Of a stretch of 9,601 nt of DNA, positions 1-8,240 are shown piece by piece. The position numbers and the translations under genes were made by a program. The stretch covers positions 1 through 9,601 of the forward strand of contig CBFFRP010000246.1 in NCBI GenBank assembly GCA_965644295.1, read 5' to 3'. Origin of the DNA: Paraphysomonas bandaiensis. Taxonomy: Eukaryota; Protista; Chrysophyceae. Each line of letters opens with the position of its first letter. Position 1 is the stretch's first letter. The notes beneath the pieces were generated by a model, which did not search any database, was not told the origin of the DNA, and worked only from the letters and a program-made list of their open reading frames with translations.

Positions 1-3
1 GTA

Positions 4-28
4 GGAAGGCAGGTATCTATTATGGCCG
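4..28 (+). repeat. Left terminal inverted repeat GGAAGGCAGGTATCTATTATGGCCG
   Basis: The reverse complement of 4388-4412 is GGAAGGCAGGTACCTATAATGGCCG (2 mismatches). Preceded by TA and followed inward by a T-run. Confidence 0.93.
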
Positions 29-255
29 TTTTTTTTGCACTTTTCAGATGCACTTAAAATAACACTCAATGCATGTCTGATTGCAGTGAAAGCATCATTA
101 GAAACGTAGTGATTTTACCCATATTTCATTCTAAGTGACGAACTGCACTCATAATCTGAATCTTTTGATATTCATCCTCAAAGTGAGCCCCTTAAGAGGT
201 TTTTGACCTCATTTCAGTTTTTGGTTTTTCAAAATGGCCGTTTTTTCCCTCTCAG

Positions 256-790
256 ATGACTGCAAATCACAGTCACTTAAAATAAATTGGAGTATTTGGA
301 GATGGTCATTGCTCATAGCGGCCATGTGGCGATACAGGTAGACTAAATTCATAGTGCTTGACACGATGGTGCTCTTACTTTCAACTGATTCGCAGTATTT
401 ATGGTGATAAGTTCTGGTTGGGGAAAGGGGTCGATTTAGATACGCCTGCACACCACACCTGCGAATGACCTCATCTGACCTGTAGATATACACTCAACTA
501 TTGCTCATTATATGCGCAATACTATCAGCACACTACTTTGAGTATATGCTCTCCTCTGCGGCATTGTGCATCACATTTCTGAAATAAGCGTGTGTTTAGA
601 TTAGCCAGACGATGACTATAATGCTGCACCTCTGGAGCGAAATGGAGGCTCTGGTGAATTGAGGAGGAAAGGGGGAGGACTCTGGAGCTATTTAGGGCTC
701 AGGGTGACGCCCGGATTGAAAGTTCACTATTCTACAGGGGTCAGGGTGAGGCATGTGGAACAGCACATGTAGACAGTGAAATTCATTGCA
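256..790 (+). pseudogene. Probable decayed OTU-like cysteine protease (deubiquitinase) passenger gene inside the transposon
   Basis: OTU-like motifs occur in the correct order across stops and frameshifts. Cys loop LK*IGVFGDGHCS*R (GDGHC at 298-312; consensus V.GDGNCLFRA). VAIQ / IYGD across a candidate 58-nt GT..CAG intron at 338-395 (consensus VA.Q.YGD). GGSGEL or EMEAL..EERGRTLELF at ~640-695 (consensus WGG..E+.A....R.I.++). SLFYRGQG...HVDS with His at 766-768 (consensus L.Y.G..HYDS). Confidence 0.45.
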
Positions 791-1551
791 CGGGGCTCTG
801 CACGCAGTGGAACGTAGAGGGATCCATGTTGACGCAGCCCACCAGTGATCCTTGGCCGAATGTTATTGGAACTGTGGATGTGGTCAAACCAACTGGCGCT
901 TCCCCCGTCATGACTGATTGCTGTCCTAAACTTTTCAATGGTTGAACACCCAGACTCATAGTGGGTCGACTATTGATCCATGGGACATAAGGTACCCCTC
1001 TTGAGGAACAGCGGGAGCTCAGCAACAGCTTGCACTGGATAAAGGGCAGAGGGAACCTGGCCACCTCAGTATTCATACGATTCATAGTACTAAATCTTGC
1101 TTTCCAAATATATGTCATTGATGTCGAGTAGTATAGGAGCACTACAAGTGCTAGATTAACTAAATTATTATTTTGAATTGTTTTTTTCTCTTGTATATTC
1201 ACTAATATATATTATTTCTACTACTTAATTTATATTATGTTACACCCATTGAGATTTACTTAAAATCGGATATTGACTATGTAGTAGAGGGTGGCTTAGT
1301 TTGGTCAACAAGAAGAAGTATGTAGCCATCAGTGTTGAACTTTATTACTTTCATTCAACTCGTAATTAAATTCCACACTGGAGAAAGAAAATATTCAAAA
1401 TCCAAAACAAAAAACGATGTTACGTAAAATCATACATACGACAGAGTTAAAGTAGATACGAATATGTACTGCTGGTTTGTGGTATGTATGCGTTGACTTT
1501 GCATGAGCTGAAGTGATTACAATTGTATGCACTTTATCATGCGAAACATCC

Positions 1552-1620
1552 AAAGAAAATAAAGGACCGACCAGAAGGTCAAAAGAAAATAAAGGACCAA
1601 GTGGGGTCAAAACAAAATAA
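1552..1620. repeat. 2.4-copy ~29-nt tandem repeat downstream of the transposase stop
   Basis: AAAGAAAATAAAGGACC-gaccagaa-GGTCA / AAAGAAAATAAAGGACC-aagtgg-GGTCA / AAACAAAATAA. Confidence 0.8.
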
Positions 1621-1655
1621 GAGACTCGCAAGTACGCGATTAAATAGCAAGAAAC

Positions 1656-4188
1656 CTACGCCGCATCGATTGGCTCTCGGTCTGATTCCGATACATAAAC
1701 CTCCTCTCTCTCCCTCACCACTCCCCCGTGCAGCTGTCTCAACTTGTCAGACATCGGACCTTCGAGCTTGGCTATGAGGTAGGCCTTCGTGCCAACCTTT
1801 AGCTCAGGATCAATAGGAGTAGTTGCCTTAGGAAGGACATTTAGTGCTGCCCTCAGGGCATCATTATTGGCCGTGCGCCAGTCATATTGCTGGTCGCGCA
1901 CACGGAGTAGAAGGGCATCCACGATCTCAACATGTCGGTGATATTCTTCCATCTGGCGGCGCTCCTTTTCGTCCTTACGGCGCTCTTTAGCCTGTCGCTC
2001 TTCCTCCCTCCGAGCCATGTAGGCCTCAATACGCTCGGCCGTTGACAGCACTGCACAGTGCCCCGTAGTGGTGTTGGGCATACCACCCCTCTCGTCCACC
2101 CCTCCCCCCTCCCCTTCTGCATCCTGACCCCTCACCTCATTCTCTAGGGCAACGTCCAATACACTTAACGCACCGCGGGGAATTGAGGCTTTCTTGTATC
2201 GGGCCTCCTCTGCCCTCGCTTGGGCCTGTTCACGTGCCGGAGCGAGAAAACTAGACTGGAAGAACTGTGCCGAAATACTACTAATAAGCACGCAATAGTT
2301 AATATCCCCAGGCTTGACCTCCTGGTAACGAACCCGCTTCATATTTGGGTTCTCCTCGCTGGGCTCCATGAGAGCGACTGGTCTGGGTGCCGAAAGCACC
2401 GATGCCTTACGGTCCATGTCCCGTTCATCCACATCATACACACCAGAGATAATACTATTAGATGTCACTTTGTCTCTATGAACCTCGGCCACCTCCTCTC
2501 CCTCCAAGGGATCAACTAAAGGCCAAGTCAACGTCTTAGCAAAGGCATGCTTGATGCAACCAGGTAGCGTGGGGTCAGAGGTAAACTCTTTCCATGCCTG
2601 ATTGATTATTTTGTTGAAGTGAAAAACAATCATAGGCTCTCCTGGGTTTCTGTGCTTCCACCAGGAAAAGCACCTCCGATAGGCAGCTTTAAGCTTGGCA
2701 TTGGGCCCGTTATCGATGGGGGCGTCATTAACAGAGTTGTTAGCACAGAGGAAATTGATATACACTTTATGAGAAATAGCGTGCCGGATAGAGTTGGGGT
2801 CAAAGTGTGAGCTATGTCCATCAATGTAGACCCACTTAGCCCTGCCTGACGCTGACATCTCCGATACAGCTATTCGAAAGGTATTCCGGTCAGCATATCC
2901 CGACGGAGTAGAATCCACATGAAACGTGGGGTCGAGGTTGAGGTGCAAATGTCCCCTCATCGCCTCGCCATCACCACCCTGGTGAATGATGATGGGTCTT
3001 GTTGTCGACCCATCCGGGCGAATACCATACAGAAGTGTTACCCAGAAGGATGTATGCTCACCGTGTCTTGCAGAGAATCGCCTTTCCCTCCGCTCCTGGA
3101 AGAGTTTGAAGGTAGGGAAGGCGTGCCCCCAAGGGTCGAAACCAATTTCGTCCCAGTTCTCGATATCCTCCAGGTCTGGCCCATAAGACGGGAAGATCCC
3201 TTTCTCTATACACTCCCTGAGATGCTGTATGAACTTACGGGCCATAGTACTCGCCCGTGTCGGGCAGGCCGCTGCTGCCCGCTTGTAGGAAAGGTCAGAT
3301 TTCTTCGTCAAAGCGGGCAAACAATTTTCACCAAGGTCAAAAGTGCACGACTTGAGAAAGTTGTCTCGAATAAAGGTTTTACTGCATTTTGCATGATCAA
3401 GGCGTACCGACTCCGGGGTGTCCTCGCCTCCATTGGCAGTGCGTATAGCACTGGCATGGGCGCGGCAATATTCCCTGGCTAGGGCTTGCATCTGGGCATT
3501 GCTATATCTGCACCAACAATTACAAATTGTACATTGTATGCCATCATACACATCATACACTTTCATGTACATACCCATATCCAGCTTTATCTTGAAGGTC
3601 CATCTTCGTAGCCATTATATCCCGATCCGCAATGGAGTAGAGCAAAGCTTTAGGACCAGACAGGGAGTAATCCAGCTCCATGATGGCCTCCCGCAACACA
3701 GAATGGTTCGTTGAATCGTTCCGAAACACATTGAACTCCTTCGTGGTGAGTCCATACAACTCCCTGATGGCGTTCATGTCCCGCCCCTGGGTGCGGATAG
3801 AGACACCGTACTCCGTGAGAACATATTCAGCGCTCTTGCCATCTATTACCCTGGCAATAAGTCCTGCCCTACGCTCCTCAACGGTATATACTTTGTAGCC
3901 CCGTTTGACGTCTACCTCAGGGATATTAGCGATTGTGTTGAGAATCGCCCTTTCAGTCTTCATACTGGGGAAGCTGCTCGTCTCTTCCGGCAGATCCGGC
4001 AAAGACTCTAACACCAAATTAACCTCTCGCTTGTGAGGTACATTTCCTGGAAGCACACCATACTGCTTGGCATGCTTAACCTCAACCAAAACATTTCTTT
4101 TTCCCAATGGGGGCAATGTGACTTCGTCCATACGACTGTCAGTATGAGTATGAGTGATTCGGGGTCGTTGTGGACGTCCTCGCATCAT
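1656..4188 (-). CDS. pogo/Fot1-like DD35D transposase, ~821 aa; exons 4188-3575 and 3507-1656 (alternative start Met at 4131)
   Basis: The 211-aa and 640-aa ORFs join in frame across a 67-nt GTATGT...TGCAG intron (3574-3508), giving DKAGYG|YSNAQMQALAREY. N-terminal HTH (psq/CENP-B-like): YTVEERRAGLIARVIDGKSAEYVLTEYGVSIRT. DDE_1 motifs: IENWDEIGF (D at 3150-3152), VTLLYGIRPDG..RPIIIHQG, TPSGYAD, YIDGHSSH (D at 2820-2822), LCANNSVNDAPIDNG..LKAAY (D at 2712-2714). 35 residues separate the 2nd and 3rd Asp. Confidence 0.9.
3508..3574 (-). other. Spliceosomal intron (67 nt) in the transposase gene
   Basis: GTATGT donor, TGCAG acceptor, AT-rich. Removing it exactly fuses two overlapping out-of-frame ORFs. 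Confidence 0.85.
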
Positions 4189-4387
4189 ATTCGATCAATT
4201 CTGCATGAAAATCAGATCAGACAACGTCATCATGAGCAGTGATTTCTGTTTACTCTACCTGATATAACTATATATAACTTAGTTCTTGTGTAAGTATGTG
4301 AGGATGGTTTATAGTAAGATTTAAGGTTGTTCTGATGTGATTCAACACATAAAAATCAGCCAATTCCGAAAAAAAAAAAAAGTAAAC

Positions 4388-4412
4388 CGGCCATTATAGG
4401 TACCTGCCTTCC
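4388..4412 (-). repeat. Right terminal inverted repeat
   Basis: CGGCCATTATAGGTACCTGCCTTCC followed by TA (4413-4414). The inward A-run mirrors the T-run at the left end. Confidence 0.93.
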
Positions 4413-4553
4413 TAGTATGTTTGTGATGTGGATGATATGATATCATATACACAGCAGTGCAGCACATACATATATATGCTATAGAAGGAGTCCATGGTAT
4501 ATAGCATATAATCCTCTCGTGTTATGTTCTAGAAACTCTGCAAGAGATAAAGC

Positions 4554-5574
4554 ATGAAAACAATGAACACTCCCAAATCTGGCGGCCTGCTGCACTCATT
4601 GTACTGGACGTGTGTCGAGTGTGCACTGGCTGTGTTCTGCATTGTCTCGTTTATTATATCATGGTTTTCTTATCGAAATCGTAAAAAGAAACAGAAATCT
4701 AATTCTAAAGTTGTGAAAGCAGTGCCTCCAACATATAAGGCTGATAAAGACAAAGTCAGCATTATAATCGCCATAAAAAATGAGGCAAGATATATCGGCA
4801 GAACATTACGAAACTTAGAGTCCACAACTATTGATAAGAGTAAAGTGGAAATAGTTTTAGTTGATTGCGGGAGCAAAGATAATACCCTAGACGTGGCTAA
4901 AGTAAGTATTCTTCTTTTCTGAGTCGAGTGACGCTATTAACATGTACTCTCTTTGGCAGGCGTCTGCAGGAGTCATCCCGATAGTATACGCTAAGTGTCG
5001 CGCACAATGCAGTAGAGGAACATCACTTAATCTTGGTGCCGAAGCAGCGACTGGAGAAATATTGCTTTTTCTGCGTGCTGACTCTATTGTACCCCCTGGC
5101 TATGACGAAACTATCCGCCGCGAGCTCTTCACTCCTACTGTTGCACTAACAGCTTTCCGATTTTCTTATGATACCAATTCAAGCACATCTGTTGCCAACC
5201 GAGCACTGTATATAATTTCGCTTTATCACAACATGCTCGCTTCTATGTGTCGTTTGCCAAGAGGTTCGCAGGGTCTAGCGCTGCCAGCTGCACGCTTTAG
5301 AGACACTAAGTACAATGCAGATATATTGTTAGAAGATGTCTCGTTTGTTGATGCGATTCGTTCGGACTGTTTCAATGGTTCCGGCGAGATAAAAATTCTC
5401 GAGCAGAGTATACTTTCATCAGCAGATGATATTCTTGCGATTGGTGTGCTTAAGCACACTTTTCTGCACACTTTGGCGTTCATGTTGAGGTACCATATGA
5501 AGGCATCTGAAGATTTTGTGTACAGGTGGTGCTTTATACGCATACCGCGTATTCTACGGTTTGTAAAGTGCTAG
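4554..5574 (+). CDS. Family 2 glycosyltransferase (GT_2_like_a / TIGR04283-like) with N-terminal membrane anchor, ~320 aa; exons 4554-4901 and 4960-5574
   Basis: VSIIIAIKNEARYIGRTL, EIVLVDCGSKDNT, RGTSLNLGAEAATGEILLFLRADS, AFRF, LPRGSQGL, LLEDV, ILSSA..GVLKHTF. A 58-nt phase-0 intron GTAAGT...GGCAG (4902-4959) joins the two ORFs in frame. Hydrophobic segment ALAVFCIVSFIISWFSY is followed by RNRKKKQK. Confidence 0.88.
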
Positions 5575-6149
5575 TTTTAATATTGTTCAACTGTTCGGCT
5601 GCAATTCTTGGCATATATGTTCTTGTATGCTGTTTTCTGCAATAATTGATTGGCTTTAGCAGAAGTCCAGTCCCACATGCAGTTATGCCGCCAATTGAAA
5701 ATAATATCATTCAATATAATACGTGTACCACGCTTTGTCACTGTGCTATTAAAAATAGTTAATGGTTACGTAAGGTATTACTTTTAAGCATATTCTCCAT
5801 AAATAGCTTTGTATGGCACATACAGCGCACAGTCAGTAAATACTACCACTTATACCATTACAGATTCGAAGAATCCTCCCCTCCCGCTGCGTGTGTATGT
5901 ATCTAGTATAATCCATTTGGTATAAGTACGTTGACATTTAGTTCCTGACTAGTGAGCTTAAGGCGCTGTGTATAGCTTAACAAATAGTAAGTACTTTTAG
6001 TAGTAACCTTATTGCGTACTAGCTTTCTTGCGGGCTAGTTGGCTAGTGTGATTGGCGTTGTTCAGTTCTACTGTGTGATACAACATATATTGTTCAGTTG
6101 AGATCAGTTAGTAGTGTGCAATAAGGGATATTTTGGAACTCATAGGTGC

Positions 6150-6444
6150 AACGAATTTTTGAGTCCATAAGGTAAACAGCCCAGACGCTTGACTTCAGCA
6201 GGCGGCTTACGGCCTAATACCCCGGATGCCCTTCAGGTGAGCCCATTCCCGAATGCCTATTTAATTTTCAGGGCCCGAAGACATTTACAAAAATGACACA
6301 TATTAGTGCCCCTTGTACCACATAAGCATATGGCTCTAAGTGGGTAGAACGTAATCCGCTGACTATGTATGCGGAGAAATATCTCCGGTACTTATCCCCC
6401 AGAACACCACGAAAAGGTGCGAGTCCGACTTTGTTGAGGGGGGT
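6150..6444 (-). ncRNA. Candidate structured non-coding RNA or mobile-element end (family unassigned)
   Basis: GC-richer island with no ORF, containing serial hairpins whose G-U pairs favour the minus strand. Includes an AUUUUUG motif between hairpins, a C(UUCG)G loop, and a TATA-like TTATATAG ~26 nt upstream. Confidence 0.3.
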
Positions 6445-7088
6445 AATTATATTTAAAAAAGGATGTATGCCTATATAAGATATAGAATTGCCTGGTGATT
6501 ATATAAGCGATAAGCACATGTAACTGATGTTTATCAGGTCTTACATTAATAAGTTGTGAGTTATTGTTGTGTGCAGTGTGAAACAAAGCAAGACAAGGCT
6601 ACGTGTATAGTGTATTATGTATAGCGAGGCTATCTCCAGCGTAATTTTGATGTGTAAATTGTAAATCACATACATGAAAAGCCAACGAATGAAAGAAATG
6701 TATTTCTTGTGTTTGAAATCTTTCTAAGACTCGCTGCCTCACGAAAATTATTATCTTAAATTCTTTAAATGCATATATAATATATATACTGTATATCACA
6801 TGACAGAGAAGAAGGATGCATATTTTAATGACCAAAGAAGTAGAATTATTATGTTTTTCTCTATTATCCACTTCGATGTTGCCCAATCATTTTTATTTAC
6901 TTATCGTAATTCGTGGTTCAGTAGTAATAAACATAAAACCTTACAGAATGATGGCATATTTTACAAAATTATTCATTCTTCAATGAAAAAACTACTCAGT
7001 ACCGAAACACCTAGAATATTTCAAATATAACATTACAAATTTAGCAGCGTTGGCGACTGCATCATGACCACAATACTCACAATTAGTT

Positions 7089-8240
7089 TCAGAAATCTTC
7101 GTCGAAAGATATGACCTGCTGAGATGCTTCAACACCAACTCCACTCTTCGCATATTCAGAGACCCGTTTCTCAAAAAAATTCGTCTTTCCTTGAAGCGAT
7201 ATCATATCCAACCAGTCAAACGGATTAGCAACCTTATATTTTTTTCACAGCCGAGATCCACTAAAAGACGGTCAGCGCAAAACTTTATGTACTGTGTCAT
7301 TAGGCGACTGTTCATGCCAATAAGCTCCACAGAAAGAGCATCACTCACAAACTCAGACTCAATTTCAACTGCTTCGCCAATAATCTCATAAATTCGTTCT
7401 TGTGGTAGCTTATTGACTAGTTTGGAATAGAGAAGCACAGCGAAATCACAATGCATACCCTCGTCACGTGAAATCAGCTCATTAGAAAAGCAAAGTCCAG
7501 GCATCAAGCCCCGTTTTTTCAACCAGAATATAGCGCAAAATGATCCACTGAAAAATATCCCTTCCACTGATGCAAACGCGATAACCCTCTCGGCAAAAGA
7601 AGCAGTGTCCCGATTGCACCACTTTAGGGCCCAGTTAGCCTTCTTTTGTACACAAGGGACAGTCTCAATGGCATTAAGAAGGTTCGCTTTTTCATTTATG
7701 TCACGCACGTATGTATCGATCAGTAGGGAGTAGACTTCAGAATGAATATTTTCGATAGCAATCTGAAATCCGTAGAAGCATCGTGCTTCAGACGACTGAA
7801 CCTCACTGGAAAAGTTCATTGCCAAATTCTCATTAACAATACCGTCAGATGCAGCGAAAAATGCAAGTACATGAGTGATAAAATGTCTCTCATTTCTAGT
7901 AAGATTAGCCCAGTCTTTATGATCGCTGGCTAAGTCCAATTCCTCCGCAGTCCAGAAAGACGCTTCTGCCTTCTTATACATGTCCCATATCTACAGTACA
8001 CTGTCAACGAGAGCTTCTTGTAATCAAAAGTTGGCTTACATCTGTATGCTTGATTGGAAAGAGCACAAATCTACCCTTATCTTCCATTAGTAGTGGCTCT
8101 GGCTCCAACAGACCATTCATCTCAAGGGTCCTAAACTCTGACACTTTAGGGGATTCTCCTGGGAGCTGATCCTTAATCTCTAGGAAACTAACATCCCAAG
8201 AGTCATTTCGAGGCATATCACTTCTATCCATTGTAGTCAT
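7089..8240 (-). CDS. RNR2: Ribonucleoside-diphosphate reductase small (beta/R2) subunit, class Ia, ~367 aa after frame correction; exons 8240-8040 and 7990-7089; 1-nt frameshift at 7239-7245
   Basis: EPLL...[11 protein letters not shown]|[40 protein letters not shown] (radical Tyr), [21 protein letters not shown]. 49-nt intron GTAAGC...TGTAG (8039-7991). The C-terminus [49 protein letters not shown] lies in the -1 frame and ends at TGA 7091-7089. Confidence 0.96.

Larger units (their letters stand above)
4..4412 (-). mobile_element. Full-length pogo/Fot1-like (DD35D) Tc1/mariner-superfamily DNA transposon, ~4.4 kb, TA target-site duplication (TA at 2-3 and 4413-4414)
   Basis: 25-bp terminal inverted repeats at 4-28 and 4388-4412 (23/25 identical), each flanked by TA. 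They enclose a DDE_1-type transposase gene. Confidence 0.92.

Noticed and set aside
1552-1620. CRISPR-like repeat-spacer array
   Set aside because: Only ~2.4 units, variable parts of 6-8 nt, eukaryotic context and no cas genes.
1656-2300. Fanzor/TnpB nuclease cargo in the transposon
   Set aside because: No RuvC motifs or CxxC zinc finger seen in the C-terminal extension or in the frames of the extra arm that I translated.
3553-3578. Programmed frameshift, or two separate genes, for the 211-aa and 640-aa ORFs
   Set aside because: A canonical 67-nt GT-AG intron explains the junction exactly.
2220-3898. Plus-strand ORFs (99, 63, 187, 66, 98, 72 aa) overlapping the transposase
   Set aside because: Antisense shadows of a GC-richer coding sequence, with no recognisable motifs.
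6151-6163. ACGAATTTTTGAG resembling the U12 snRNA Sm region
   Set aside because: No U12 5' end or branch-point recognition sequence upstream.
6310-6340. GAGCCATATGC (minus strand) resembling group II intron domain V
   Set aside because: The stem is too short, and the distal GNRA hairpin and AC bulge are missing.
6803-6813. ACAGAGAAGA resembling the U6 snRNA ACAGAGA box
   Set aside because: The flanking U6 sequence (TTAGCATGGCCCCTG, 5' stem) is absent.
6392-7174. Short ORFs (64, 95, 76, 60 aa) in the AT-rich intergenic region
   Set aside because: Low-complexity composition and no motifs. The 60-aa ORF overlaps the true RNR2 tail in another frame.
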